Assembly: GCA_012416205.1 (NCBI GenBank)
Contig: GCA_012416205.1_3033.2
Source: a phage
Length of the DNA: 64,000 bases
Direction: 5' to 3' (one strand)
Shown here in pieces: positions 1 through 10,280 of the stretch. Position 1 is the first letter of the stretch; each line of letters starts with the position of its first letter. Made by a program: the position numbers and the translations under genes. The notes below the pieces were generated by a model, which was given only the letters and a program-made list of their open reading frames with translations, did no database searches and had not been told where the DNA came from.

Positions 1-1
1 T

Positions 2-589
2 ATTGATGGCGTGCCAATGCTTGAATCCCATGATGGAAAAGACTTAGGTTTAAAACCTGGTTTATACATCGAAGGAATATTCATGCAAGCGGAAGTCGTC
101 AATAGAAATAAACGTCTTTATCCAAAACGCATATTAGAAAAAGCGGTAAAAGACTATATCAATGAGCAAGTTTTAACTAAACAAGCTCTCGGAGAATTAA
201 ATCATCCTCCACGCGCTAATGTTGACCCGATGCAAGCCGCTATCATTATAGAAGATATGTGGTGGAAAGGAAATGACGTATACGGACGAGCTCGTGTTAT
301 TGAAGGTGACCACGGTCCTGGAGATAAATTAGCAGCTAATATTCGTGCCGGATGGATTCCAGGAGTTTCTTCTCGTGGATTAGGTTCATTGACTGACACA
401 AATAAAGGTTATCGTATCGTAAACGAAGGATTCAAATTAACTGTAGGTGTTGATGCAGTATGGGGTCCAAGTGCTCCAGATGCATGGGTAACTCCTAAGG
501 AAATTACCGAATCACAGACGGCGGAAGCCGATACAAGTGCCGATGACGCCTATATGGCTCTCGCAGAGGCCATGAAAAAAGCGTTATAA
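2..589 (+). CDS. 21: Prohead core protease gp21, 5'-truncated at window edge
   Basis: Open frame runs from window start with no upstream stop; lies immediately before gp22/gp23 as in the T4 head gene order; Ser/His-containing protease-like motifs (GELNHP, SSRGLGS). Confidence 0.8.
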   Translation: MDGVPMLESHDGKDLGLKPGLYIEGIFMQAEVVNRNKRLYPKRILEKAVKDYINEQVLTKQALGELNHPPRANVDPMQAAIIIEDMWWKGNDVYGRARVIEGDHGPGDKLAANIRAGWIPGVSSRGLGSLTDTNKGYRIVNEGFKLTVGVDAVWGPSAPDAWVTPKEITESQTAEADTSADDAYMALAEAMKKAL

Positions 590-592
590 ATA
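585..592 (+). promoter_or_regulatory. T4-type late promoter box TATAAATA upstream of gene 22
   Basis: Exact TATAAATA 28 bp upstream of the gene 22 start codon. Confidence 0.6.
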
Positions 593-619
593 TTATTATC
601 TAAACAACAGGACTACAAA

Positions 620-1429
620 ATGCTTAAAGAACAACTGATTGCTGAAGCGCAAAAAATTGATGCTTCCGTTGCTCTTGATAGTATTTTCGAATCAGTTAAT
701 ATTTCTCCGGAAGCAAAAGAAACTTTCGGCACTGTATTCGAAGCTACCGTCAAGCAGCACGCCGTTAAATTAGCTGAATCTCATATCGCTAAAATTGCTG
801 AAAAAGCAGAAGAAGAAGTAGAAAAAAATAAAGAAGAAGCCGAAGAAAAAGCTGAGAAGAAAATCGCTGAGCAAGCTTCTAAATTCATCGACCATCTTGC
901 TAAAGAATGGCTCGCTGAAAATAAATTAGCAGTTGATAAAGGTATCAAAGCCGAACTGTTTGAATCCATGCTTGGTGGATTAAAAGAGCTCTTTGTTGAA
1001 CACAACGTTGTTGTTCCAGAAGAATCAGTTGATGTTGTAGCTGAAATGGAAGAAGAGCTGCAAGAACATAAAGAAGAATCAGCTCGTCTGTTCGAAGAAC
1101 TCAATAAGCGTGACGCATATATCAATTATGTGCAGCGTGAAGTGGCATTGAGCGAAAGTACTAAAGATCTGACTGAGTCTCAAAAAGAAAAAGTCTCTGC
1201 TCTGGTCGAAGGTATGGATTATTCAGATGAATTCTCAAGTAAATTGAGTGCCATCGTAGAAATGGTGAAGAAGTCTAATAAAGATGAAAGCACTATTACT
1301 GAGGGTATAAATACTCCTGATACTGAAGCAGCCGGACTGAATTTCGTCACTGAAGCTGTAGAAGATAAAGCTGCACCTGGTGCAGAAGATATTGTAAGTG
1401 TATATGCGAAAGTCGCATCTCGTTTCTAA
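620..1429 (+). CDS. 22: Prohead core scaffold protein gp22
   Basis: 269 aa, highly acidic coiled-coil-like (E/K-rich), located between gp21 and gp23; same length as T4 gp22. Confidence 0.85.
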   Translation: MLKEQLIAEAQKIDASVALDSIFESVNISPEAKETFGTVFEATVKQHAVKLAESHIAKIAEKAEEEVEKNKEEAEEKAEKKIAEQASKFIDHLAKEWLAENKLAVDKGIKAELFESMLGGLKELFVEHNVVVPEESVDVVAEMEEELQEHKEESARLFEELNKRDAYINYVQREVALSESTKDLTESQKEKVSALVEGMDYSDEFSSKLSAIVEMVKKSNKDESTITEGINTPDTEAAGLNFVTEAVEDKAAPGAEDIVSVYAKVASRF

Positions 1430-1447
1430 TTTTAAAGGTTAACACAA

Positions 1448-3013
1448 ATGACTATCAAAACTAAAGCTGAACTTTTGAACAAATGGAAGCCATTACTGGA
1501 AGGTGAAGGTTTACCGGAAATTGCTAATAGCAAACAAGCGATTATCGCTAAAATCTTTGAAAACCAGGAAAAAGATTTCCAGACAGCTCCAGAGTACAAA
1601 GACGAAAAAATCGCTCAGGCGTTCGGTTCTTTCTTAACAGAAGCTGAAATCGGTGGTGACCACGGTTACAACGCTACTAACATCGCTGCTGGTCAGACTT
1701 CTGGCGCAGTAACTCAGATTGGCCCAGCTGTTATGGGTATGGTACGTCGTGCTATTCCTAACCTGATTGCTTTCGATATTTGCGGTGTTCAGCCGATGAA
1801 CAGCCCGACTGGCCAGGTATTCGCACTGCGCGCAGTATATGGTAAAGACCCAATCGCTTCCGGTGCTAAAGAAGCATTCCACCCAATGTATGGTCCAGAT
1901 GCAATGTTCTCTGGTCAGGGTGCTGCTAAGAAATTCGCTGCTTTGAAAGCAAGTGATACTCTTGAAGTTGGAACTATTTACACCCACTTCTTCCAGGAAA
2001 CTGGTACTGTATATCTGCAAGCTACAGAAGCTAAACAAATTGATTCTACTGCATCTGACGCAGCTAAATTAGATGCTGAAATTAAGAAACAAATGGAAGC
2101 TGGTGTACTGGTAGAAATCGCTGAAGGTATGGCTACTTCTATCGCTGAACTTCAGGAAGGTTTCAACGGTTCTACCGATAACCCATGGAATGAAATGGGC
2201 TTCCGTATCGATAAACAAGTTATCGAAGCTAAATCTCGTCAACTGAAAGCTGCTTACTCTATCGAATTAGCACAAGACCTCCGCGCTGTTCACGGTATGG
2301 ATGCTGATGCTGAACTGTCTGGTATTCTGGCTACCGAAATCATGCTGGAAATCAACCGTGAAGTTGTTGATTGGATTAACTACTCAGCTCAGGTTGGTAA
2401 ATCTGGTATGACCCTGACTCCGGGTTCTAAAGCTGGTGTGTTTGACTTCCAGGATCCAATTGATATTCGTGGTGCTCGCTGGGCGGGTGAATCCTTTAAA
2501 GCTCTGTTGTTCCAGATTGACAAAGAAGCAGTTGAAATTGCTCGTCAGACCGGTCGTGGTGAAGGTAACTTCATTATCGCTTCCCGTAACGTAGTTAACG
2601 TTCTGGCTTCAGTTGATACTGGCATTTCTTATGCTGCACAGGGTCTGGCTACCGGCTTTAACACTGATACTACCAAGTCAGTATTTGCTGGTGTTCTGGG
2701 TGGTAAATACCGTGTATATATCGACCAGTATGCTAAACAGGATTATTTCACTGTAGGTTATAAAGGTCCGAACGAAATGGATGCTGGTATTTACTACGCT
2801 CCATATGTAGCTCTGACTCCGCTGCGTGGTTCCGATCCGAAGAACTTCCAACCAGTAATGGGATTCAAAACTCGTTACGGTATCGGTATCAACCCATTTG
2901 CAGAATCCGCTGCTCAGGCTCCGGCTTCTCGCATCCAGAGCGGTATGCCTTCTATTCTGAATAGCCTTGGTAAAAACGCTTACTTCCGCCGTGTATATGT
3001 TAAAGGTATCTAA
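1448..3013 (+). CDS. 23: Major capsid protein gp23
   Basis: 521 aa ORF with T4 gp23 length and recognisable sequence; strong codon usage; position between 22 and 24. Confidence 0.96.
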   Translation: MTIKTKAELLNKWKPLLEGEGLPEIANSKQAIIAKIFENQEKDFQTAPEYKDEKIAQAFGSFLTEAEIGGDHGYNATNIAAGQTSGAVTQIGPAVMGMVRRAIPNLIAFDICGVQPMNSPTGQVFALRAVYGKDPIASGAKEAFHPMYGPDAMFSGQGAAKKFAALKASDTLEVGTIYTHFFQETGTVYLQATEAKQIDSTASDAAKLDAEIKKQMEAGVLVEIAEGMATSIAELQEGFNGSTDNPWNEMGFRIDKQVIEAKSRQLKAAYSIELAQDLRAVHGMDADAELSGILATEIMLEINREVVDWINYSAQVGKSGMTLTPGSKAGVFDFQDPIDIRGARWAGESFKALLFQIDKEAVEIARQTGRGEGNFIIASRNVVNVLASVDTGISYAAQGLATGFNTDTTKSVFAGVLGGKYRVYIDQYAKQDYFTVGYKGPNEMDAGIYYAPYVALTPLRGSDPKNFQPVMGFKTRYGIGINPFAESAAQAPASRIQSGMPSILNSLGKNAYFRRVYVKGI

Positions 3014-3028
3014 TCTTTGACGATTTAA

Positions 3029-3044
3029 GGGACCTTCGGGTCCC
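3029..3044 (+). terminator. GC hairpin GGGACC-TTCG-GGTCCC followed by T-run after gene 23
   Basis: Perfect 6-bp stem with TTCG tetraloop followed by TTT directly after the gp23 stop. Confidence 0.6.
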
Positions 3045-3061
3045 TTTAGTTGTTTTTATGG

Positions 3062-3069
3062 TATAAATA
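3062..3069 (+). promoter_or_regulatory. Late promoter box TATAAATA upstream of gene 24
   Basis: Exact TATAAATA 27 bp upstream of the gene 24 ATG. Confidence 0.65.
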
Positions 3070-3096
3070 AATCATATAAACCAAAAGGAAAGCGCA

Positions 3097-4380
3097 ATGG
3101 CTAAAATCAACGAACTTCTGCGCGAATCAACCACAACGAATAGCAACTCAATCGGTCGCCCAAATCTCGTTGCTTTGACTCGCGCTACCACTAAATTAAT
3201 ATATTCTGACATTGTAGCAACGCAAAGAACTAATCAACCTGTTGCTGCTTTTTATGGTATCAAATACCTTAATCCAGATAACGAATTTACATTTAAAACT
3301 GGTGCTACTTACGCTGGCGAAGCTGGATATGTAGACCGAGAACAAATCACAGAATTAACAGAAGAGTCTAAATTAACTCTCAATAAAGGCGATTTATTCA
3401 AATATAATAATATCGTTTATAAAGTATTAGAAAATACACCATTTGCTGATATTGAAGAAAGTGATTTAGAATTAGCTCTTCAGATTGCAATTGTTCTTTT
3501 AAAGGTTCGTCTATTTTCTGATGCTGCAGTAACAAGCAAATTTGAAAGCTCTGATAGTGAAATTGCGGATGCTAGATTCCAGATTAATAAATGGCAAACC
3601 GCAGTTAAATCTCGTAAACTTAAAACTGGCATTACAGTTGAATTAGCACAAGATTTAGAAGCAAATGGATTCGATGCTCCTAATTTCTTGGAAGATTTGC
3701 TTGCAACCGAAATGGCAGATGAAATCAATAAAGATATTCTGCAGTCTTTGATTACAGTGTCAAAACGCTATAAAGTTACAGGAATTACTGATACTGGATT
3801 CATTGATTTGAGTTATGCATCTGCACCTGAAGCCGGTCGTTCATTATACCGAATGGTGTGTGAAATGGTTTCACATATCCAGAAAGAATCAACTTATACA
3901 GCAACGTTCTGTGTTGCTTCAGCTCGTGCTGCTGCGATTCTTGCTGCATCAGGTTGGTTAAAACATAAACCAGAAGATGACAAATATCTTTCACAAAATG
4001 CCTATGGGTTCTTAGCTAATGGTTTACCGCTTTATTGCGATACCAACAGCCCATTAGATTATGTAATCGTTGGCGTAGTAGAAAATATTGGTGAAAAAGA
4101 AATTGTTGGGTCAATTTTCTATGCTCCGTATACAGAAGGTCTTGACTTAGATGACCCTGAACATGTAGGTGCATTTAAAGTTGTAGTTGATCCAGAAAGT
4201 TTGCAGCCATCTATCGGTTTATTAGTTAGATATGCTTTATCTGCAAATCCTTACACTGTAGCAAAAGATGAAAAAGAAGCAAGAGTAATTGACGGTGGAG
4301 ACATGGATAAAATGGCGGGTCGTTCAGATTTGTCTGTTTTATTAGGTGTTAAGCTACCAAAAATTATCATTGATGAATAA
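3097..4380 (+). CDS. 24: Capsid vertex protein gp24
   Basis: 427 aa, follows gp23, T4 gp24 length. Confidence 0.92.
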   Translation: MAKINELLRESTTTNSNSIGRPNLVALTRATTKLIYSDIVATQRTNQPVAAFYGIKYLNPDNEFTFKTGATYAGEAGYVDREQITELTEESKLTLNKGDLFKYNNIVYKVLENTPFADIEESDLELALQIAIVLLKVRLFSDAAVTSKFESSDSEIADARFQINKWQTAVKSRKLKTGITVELAQDLEANGFDAPNFLEDLLATEMADEINKDILQSLITVSKRYKVTGITDTGFIDLSYASAPEAGRSLYRMVCEMVSHIQKESTYTATFCVASARAAAILAASGWLKHKPEDDKYLSQNAYGFLANGLPLYCDTNSPLDYVIVGVVENIGEKEIVGSIFYAPYTEGLDLDDPEHVGAFKVVVDPESLQPSIGLLVRYALSANPYTVAKDEKEARVIDGGDMDKMAGRSDLSVLLGVKLPKIIIDE

Positions 4381-4386
4381 AACAAA

Positions 4387-4402
4387 GGGACCGAAAGGTC
4401 CC
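4387..4402. terminator. Bidirectional hairpin GGGACC-GAAA-GGTCCC between convergent 24 and rnlB
   Basis: Perfect inverted repeat with GAAA loop and T-run, placed between convergent stops. Confidence 0.55.
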
Positions 4403-4409
4403 TTTTTAT

Positions 4410-5414
4410 TTAACTTACCAATTCAATCCAAGCCGGACGAAGTACATCTTGTACCATTTTAACTAATTCCTTCTTAATCAAAGAAGGATTATCTGCTTGA
4501 GTTAAAGTAATACCTTCACGAGAAGTTTCTTCCAAAATATCTTGAACAGTTAGTCCCATCACCTTTCCAAAATCTTTTGGACCAATTTCGCCAATTTTAG
4601 AAATAACGTTATTTACTCGGTTCAGTGTAACGTAGCAAGCTAAAATTCCCAGCAATTTATTATCAGCTTCTGACAGCTCAACTTTAGCTTTAATAGGCTT
4701 ATCAGACTTTTTCTTTTCGCTAAATTTAGAGTTCTTGCATTTAATCGCTACACGATTGCCATTAGGCATCCAAGAAGGATAACAAGGTTTCAATACATAT
4801 CCTTCAGCGGTAAATACTTCGCCTTTTGCTTCGGCATTCCAAACGCATTTATTTGCATCAACTAATCCAGCATGGTCTACTGTAAAATTATAATCCTGGA
4901 CGACAGAATCTAAATCATTTGGCAATTTAATAAGTTCTTCAAATTTACCACGACCCAAAAGTGGAGCCATTTTAAATTTGAATGTATTACAGAATGATTC
5001 CATCATATAATCATCGACATAAGTCACATCACCACTTTCTGTAGTAACAATAATGTCAAATACATAAAAATCTTTATCACCATAATCGACATTCTTCTGA
5101 ATGCCAGGTCCAGCGAATTCGCCGAAGACTTGATAAGATACAACTGCTGAAGTTTCCATAATTTCTTGGACAGCTTTAATAGAATCTTCGTAATTCTTTA
5201 GAATAATTTCATACCCAAAGAAATCTTCAGCAGGAAGAATCGGTCCAGTACGTTTAGCGCAAGTTACTTTATCACGCTCAATAATCAAAGAAAAGTTTGT
5301 TCCATGAATTTTTTCACGAGCTACCCATTCGCCGCCAGTCAATCCCAAGCTATAAAGTTTTTCAATAAATTTAGAGTTGTAATGATTTTCAAGACTGCTA
5401 TACTTTTTAAACAT
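4410..5414 (-). CDS. rnlB: RNA ligase 2 (Rnl2)
   Basis: 334 aa; nucleotidyltransferase lysine motif KIHGTN; position after gene 24 as T4 24.1/rnlB. Confidence 0.9.
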   Translation of the reverse strand: MFKKYSSLENHYNSKFIEKLYSLGLTGGEWVAREKIHGTNFSLIIERDKVTCAKRTGPILPAEDFFGYEIILKNYEDSIKAVQEIMETSAVVSYQVFGEFAGPGIQKNVDYGDKDFYVFDIIVTTESGDVTYVDDYMMESFCNTFKFKMAPLLGRGKFEELIKLPNDLDSVVQDYNFTVDHAGLVDANKCVWNAEAKGEVFTAEGYVLKPCYPSWMPNGNRVAIKCKNSKFSEKKKSDKPIKAKVELSEADNKLLGILACYVTLNRVNNVISKIGEIGPKDFGKVMGLTVQDILEETSREGITLTQADNPSLIKKELVKMVQDVLRPAWIELVS

Positions 5415-5423
5415 AATTAATCC

Positions 5424-5702
5424 TCAAAATGTAATTTCTAACCAATCACCATCACGTTGATCACTATTGACTTTAAAGCTAAATCCTTCTTTTCTCAGCC
5501 AATCACCAATTTCTTCAGTAATCAATTTATCGCGAGCAGTACAATAATAACTAAAATATGTTTTACCTTGTTCAGCTGCTTTATTAGCAAGTTCTGAAAA
5601 ATCTTTAATAAAACACTCTAGCTTAAACTGTTTACTTTTTAATGCTTTTTCACGTAATTGATTAGCAAAAGATTCATTTTCATAAAGATCATACTGTTCC
5701 AT
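5424..5702 (-). CDS. Hypothetical protein (T4 24.2 position)
   Basis: 92 aa ORF tightly packed after rnlB on the same strand. Confidence 0.5.
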   Translation of the reverse strand: MEQYDLYENESFANQLREKALKSKQFKLECFIKDFSELANKAAEQGKTYFSYYCTARDKLITEEIGDWLRKEGFSFKVNSDQRDGDWLEITF

Positions 5703-5904
5703 TTTTCACCTTTTTATTGATATGTCTTTTTCTATAGACAACTTTTTCTCGAGTTTCAAATTTATTCTTAGCAGTCATAGCTCGAGCCCATAATACAGCC
5801 ACTTCTTTTGCCTGTAAGTTTAATTCACGAGCAATTTCAATGAATGACTTTCCAGACTCATGAAGAGTAAACACCACAACCTCAGTTCTCATAATCAATC
5901 TCAT
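5689..5904 (-). CDS. Hypothetical small protein with helix-turn-helix-like segment (T4 24.3 position)
   Basis: 71 aa ORF; segment SGKSFIEIARELNLQAKEV resembles an HTH; start may be the internal Met. Confidence 0.45.
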   Translation of the reverse strand: MRLIMRTEVVVFTLHESGKSFIEIARELNLQAKEVAVLWARAMTAKNKFETREKVVYRKRHINKKVKNGTV

Positions 5905-5973
5905 GTTATCGAGTTGGTGCCATTATATACATCATTTTCTGATTGTGTTTTGTGTGCTTTCAAAATGAAGAAA

Positions 5974-5987
5974 GGGGCCGAAGCCCC
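5974..5987 (-). terminator. Hairpin GGGGC-CGAA-GCCCC downstream of hoc
   Basis: Perfect 5-bp GC stem immediately 3' of the hoc stop on the minus strand. Confidence 0.5.
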
Positions 5988-5993
5988 TTATGA

Positions 5994-7412
5994 TTATGGA
6001 TAGGTATAGATGATACCAGTTTCTAAAGCAGTTTTATGAATGATGTATCCATTACGTGATTCTTGAACATCAACTTCTGGATAGTCTTTCATCATTTTCT
6101 GAAGAGTGTAACGATGCAAGTAGTACTTACTATCTGGATCATCAGTTTTCCAATCTTTACCTTCTTCGGTCATTTTTTGGATTTCATCCATAACCCACCA
6201 ACCACACCAGATGTAAGCTGAAGTACGATGTGGAAGAGGATGAACATAAGGCAATTCACCTTCTGGTTCTGGAGCAACTTTATCAGTTACCTGAACTTGG
6301 CCTTCTGCTGTAATAGTTTTGCTATCATAATCAGCAGCAGTAACAGTTGCAGTAACTTCAATAGTTTGACTTCCAATAGATGAGGTATCAACGGTATATA
6401 CATTAGTTGACCCTTCTACAGGAGAAGAATCTTTCTTCCATGAATACGCAATTTGTGCTTCTTCTGGAGCATCAGTGACATTAGCGGTAAATGTAGCTGA
6501 AGCATCTTGCTGAACATTAATAGAAGGAGGAGTCAATGTAACCTGCGGATTCATTGTCTTCTTATTAACTGTTAATGATACTTCATTCGAAGTAACTTCC
6601 TTTTCATTGTAATTTTCAGCAGTTACTTGGGCTACACATTTAATTCGTTTTACTCCACTTGTAGTTGGAGTATAGCTAAATGTAGAGTTAGTTTCTCCAC
6701 CAACTTGTGAATCATCTACATACCACTGATACGTAGCAGATGCTCCATCAGGTTGAGAAGCTAAGGCAGCAGTAAATTGAACTGGGGTTCCAATTACTCC
6801 AGCTGAAGGACTATCGGGAGTTACTGCCAAAGTAGTTGTCTGTGTCTTTTTATTAACAGTCAGTGACACTTCATTAGAAGTAACTTCTTTTGCATCATAA
6901 TCTGTCGCGGTTACTTGAGCCACACACTTAATTGTTTTAACTCCGCTTGTGTCAGGAGTGTAATTGAATGTAGCGCTAGTCGCTTCGCTCACAGGAGAAC
7001 CGTCAACGTACCATTGATACGTAGCAGATGCGCCTAATGGCTGCGAAGCCAAAGCAGCGGTAAATTCAACAGCTGTTCCAATCACTCCAGCAGCAGGACT
7101 ATCAGGAGTTACTGCCAAGGTAGTTGTCTGTGTCTTATTTTGAACTGTGATAGTTGTAGTAGCTTCTGCTGTTTCAGCTTCAGTATCAGGAACTGGATTT
7201 GTTGCAACTACCTTAATAGTCTTTTGACCGGCAGGACCTTTTAGTACATAACTAAAAGTTGCTTCAGCCCCATCTTGTGGAACATCGTCTACAGTCCAAG
7301 CATATGTAATAGGTCCATCTCCAGTTTGACCACTGGGTGTAGCAGTAAACTGCTTAGTTTCATCAATAACTCCAGTAGGTGTTTTAGGAGTTATATCAAC
7401 TGTAAAAGCCAT
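5994..7412 (-). CDS. hoc: Highly immunogenic outer capsid protein Hoc with duplicated Ig-like domain
   Basis: 472 aa T/S/V-rich beta-type sequence with two near-identical ~95 aa tandem repeats; sits between 24.x and inh as in T4. Confidence 0.85.
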   Translation of the reverse strand: MAFTVDITPKTPTGVIDETKQFTATPSGQTGDGPITYAWTVDDVPQDGAEATFSYVLKGPAGQKTIKVVATNPVPDTEAETAEATTTITVQNKTQTTTLAVTPDSPAAGVIGTAVEFTAALASQPLGASATYQWYVDGSPVSEATSATFNYTPDTSGVKTIKCVAQVTATDYDAKEVTSNEVSLTVNKKTQTTTLAVTPDSPSAGVIGTPVQFTAALASQPDGASATYQWYVDDSQVGGETNSTFSYTPTTSGVKRIKCVAQVTAENYNEKEVTSNEVSLTVNKKTMNPQVTLTPPSINVQQDASATFTANVTDAPEEAQIAYSWKKDSSPVEGSTNVYTVDTSSIGSQTIEVTATVTAADYDSKTITAEGQVQVTDKVAPEPEGELPYVHPLPHRTSAYIWCGWWVMDEIQKMTEEGKDWKTDDPDSKYYLHRYTLQKMMKDYPEVDVQESRNGYIIHKTALETGIIYTYP

Positions 7413-7421
7413 AAGTTATCC

Positions 7422-8102
7422 TTATTTTAATGTTACGAAAGAAGAATTGCGTGTTTCACGAATTAGAACTGATCCGTCGCGATTAATGTAATAAATTAAG
7501 CTAAATAAAGTTTGGTGTGCCGACGCATGTTCAAAACTAGTTGGGTGAGATTTCCAATCCGGAGTTTCAGCAATCCACTGATAAATCCACCAAGGAACAG
7601 TACAGAATCCTGGATTTTTTCCAATCAGCTGAAGATTCGGACTAAAGTTTTCCGGAAGAGTAAATACAGACGGCTTTTCAGATTCAATAATCTCAGCTAC
7701 AGCCTTCTCGAATTTTTCTTCAACAAAAGGAGTATCTTCAATCAAAACATCGGTATTTTCGGGAATTTTATCCGTTTCGACTACTTCAATTTTAATGTCA
7801 GATTTAACTGGAGAATCAATCAGAAGTGCTGCCTCTGGATTGACTTCTTCATCGTCATATTTTAATCCGTCTGCGGCATCAGCAGCATCAATTAAGTCTT
7901 TAATAGATAACCCATCAGTCTCTGGCATAGGTTCACTAGCGAGCTTCTGGAGGGCTTCTTCAATATCAATAACGATATTATCAAAAGATTTATTCTTTTT
8001 GACCTTTATACCAAACTGTTCAGCATATTCAGCTAATTTAGCTTTAGCTTCTTTATTATCATCAAGAGCCTTCAGCTCTGCAATATAATCTTTATCTATC
8101 AT
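7422..8102 (-). CDS. inh: Inhibitor of prohead protease Inh
   Basis: 226 aa ORF adjacent to hoc, T4 Inh length and position. Confidence 0.7.
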   Translation of the reverse strand: MIDKDYIAELKALDDNKEAKAKLAEYAEQFGIKVKKNKSFDNIVIDIEEALQKLASEPMPETDGLSIKDLIDAADAADGLKYDDEEVNPEAALLIDSPVKSDIKIEVVETDKIPENTDVLIEDTPFVEEKFEKAVAEIIESEKPSVFTLPENFSPNLQLIGKNPGFCTVPWWIYQWIAETPDWKSHPTSFEHASAHQTLFSLIYYINRDGSVLIRETRNSSFVTLK

Positions 8103-8115
8103 AATATTTCCTCAG

Positions 8116-8123
8116 TATAAATA
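8116..8123 (+). promoter_or_regulatory. Late promoter box TATAAATA upstream of the GIY-YIG endonuclease gene
   Basis: Exact TATAAATA 28 bp upstream of the ATG at 8152. Confidence 0.45.
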
Positions 8124-8151
8124 TAGATATATTTATTACTCGGAAAATAGT

Positions 8152-8769
8152 ATGTACCACTTTGTATATGAAACAACAAATCTAATAAATGGTAAAAAGT
8201 ATATAGGAAAACACTCTACTGATGACTTGAATGATGGTTACCTTGGTTCCGGTAAGGCAATTCAGCAGGCTATAAAGAAATATGGTGAAAACAATTTCTC
8301 TAGAACAATACTAAAAGAGTTTAAAACTTCCGAAGAAGCGTACATGTATGAAGAAGAAATTATAACTCCTGAAATAATAAAAAGCAAAAATTATTATAAT
8401 ATGAAACCCGGTGGAATTGGTGGAATTGTTATGACTACAGAGGTTATAGCAAAGATGAAAGAATCTTCCGCTAAGAGATTTGAAAACTCACCGGGCACGG
8501 TATTAGGTACAACTTGTTACACTAATGGAACTAAAAATATTTTTATTAAACCTGGAGAACTTGTTCCAGAAGGATTTGTAAAAGGGATGGTTCATCCTAA
8601 TAGAAAGTCCAGAAAAGGATGTAAAGTCAAACCGACTACCACAGGAACTTTTTGGGTCAATAATGGTGCAATAAATAAATTAATACAGCCAGACGGTATT
8701 ATTCCCGACGGATTTATTAAAGGTCGTCTCATGAAAAGAGATTCTAAAGGCAAATTTAGTAAGGCATAA
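8152..8769 (+). mobile_element. Free-standing GIY-YIG homing endonuclease (Seg family, SegE-like position)
   Basis: N-terminal KYIGKHS...DGYLGSG...EF GIY-YIG module, 205 aa; inserted between inh and uvsW where T4 carries a seg gene. Confidence 0.8.
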
Positions 8770-8771
8770 TT

Positions 8772-10280
8772 ATGGATATTAAAGTACATTTTCACGACTT
8801 CAGTCATGTACGCATCGATTGTGAAGAGAGCACGTTCCACGAATTAAGAGATTTCTTTTCGTTTGAGGCCGATGGATATAGATTTAACCCTCGCTTCAGA
8901 TATGGCAACTGGGATGGACGAATCCGTCTTTTAGATTATAATCGTCTTCTTCCATTCGGCTTAGTCGGGCAAATTAAAAAGTTCTGTGATAACTTTGGCT
9001 ATAAAGCCTGGATTGACCCACAAATTAATGAAAAAGAAGAATTATCAAGAAAAGATTTTGATGAATGGCTTTCTAAATTAGAAATCTATTCAGGAAATAA
9101 AAGAATTGAACCACACTGGTATCAAAAAGATGCAGTGTTCGAAGGATTAGTTAATCGTCGTAGAATTCTTAATCTTCCAACATCTGCAGGTAAATCGTTA
9201 ATTCAAGCTCTGCTTGCTCGGTATTATTTGGAAAATTATGAAGGTAAAATTCTTATCATTGTTCCAACAACTGCTCTGACAACTCAGATGGCTGATGACT
9301 TCGTTGACTATCGTTTATTCAGTCATGCAATGATAAAGAAAATTGGTGGCGGAGCATCAAAAGATGATAAATATAAAAATGATGCACCAGTCGTTGTTGG
9401 TACATGGCAAACTGTAGTAAAACAACCGAAAGAATGGTTCTCACAGTTTGGAATGATGATGAATGATGAATGCCATCTTGCTACAGGAAAAAGTATTTCA
9501 TCTATCATATCAGGTTTAAATAACTGCATGTTCAAATTTGGTCTATCGGGTTCATTACGCGATGGCAAAGCCAATATCATGCAGTATGTTGGAATGTTTG
9601 GTGAAATATTTAAGCCAGTAACGACTTCTAAATTAATGGAAGATGGACAAGTAACTGAGTTAAAAATTAATAGTATTTTTCTTCGCTATCCCGATGAGTT
9701 CACTACTAAATTAAAGGGAAAAACTTACCAAGAAGAAATAAAAATTATTACTGGGCTCAGTAAAAGAAATAAATGGATCGCTAAATTAGCTATTAAACTT
9801 GCACAAAAAGATGAAAACGCTTTTGTCATGTTTAAACACGTATCGCACGGTAAAGCTATTTTCGATTTAATTAAAAATGAATACGATAAAGTTTATTACG
9901 TATCAGGGGAAGTTGATACCGAAACACGCAACGTAATGAAAACCTTAGCTGAAAACGGTAAAGGAATAATTATAGTAGCTAGTTATGGTGTATTTTCTAC
10001 TGGTATTTCAGTTAAAAATCTGCATCACGTTATTTTAGCACACGGTGTTAAATCTAAAATTATTGTATTGCAAACAATAGGTCGCGTATTACGTAAGCAT
10101 GGTTCTAAAACAATCGCAACAGTCTGGGACCTCATAGATGATTGCGGTGTTAAGCCAAAATCTGCTAATACGAAAAAGAAATACGTTCATTTGAACTATC
10201 TTTTAAAACACGGCATTGATCGTATTCAGCGCTACGCAGATGAAAAATTTAATTACGTAATGAAAACAGTTAATTTATAA
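8772..10280 (+). CDS. uvsW: UvsW DNA/RNA helicase
   Basis: 502 aa; Walker A-like PTSAGKS and DECH box (MMNDECHLATG); T4 UvsW length. Confidence 0.92.
   Translation: MDIKVHFHDFSHVRIDCEESTFHELRDFFSFEADGYRFNPRFRYGNWDGRIRLLDYNRLLPFGLVGQIKKFCDNFGYKAWIDPQINEKEELSRKDFDEWLSKLEIYSGNKRIEPHWYQKDAVFEGLVNRRRILNLPTSAGKSLIQALLARYYLENYEGKILIIVPTTALTTQMADDFVDYRLFSHAMIKKIGGGASKDDKYKNDAPVVVGTWQTVVKQPKEWFSQFGMMMNDECHLATGKSISSIISGLNNCMFKFGLSGSLRDGKANIMQYVGMFGEIFKPVTTSKLMEDGQVTELKINSIFLRYPDEFTTKLKGKTYQEEIKIITGLSKRNKWIAKLAIKLAQKDENAFVMFKHVSHGKAIFDLIKNEYDKVYYVSGEVDTETRNVMKTLAENGKGIIIVASYGVFSTGISVKNLHHVILAHGVKSKIIVLQTIGRVLRKHGSKTIATVWDLIDDCGVKPKSANTKKKYVHLNYLLKHGIDRIQRYADEKFNYVMKTVNL

Noticed and set aside
781-2038. 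Antisense ORFs inside gp22 and gp23 (781-1125 minus, 1634-2038 minus) and similar shadow ORFs inside gp34, gp37, alt and nrdA
   Set aside because: They lie entirely within long, well-supported genes on the opposite strand, have low-complexity composition and no RBS; typical shadow ORFs.
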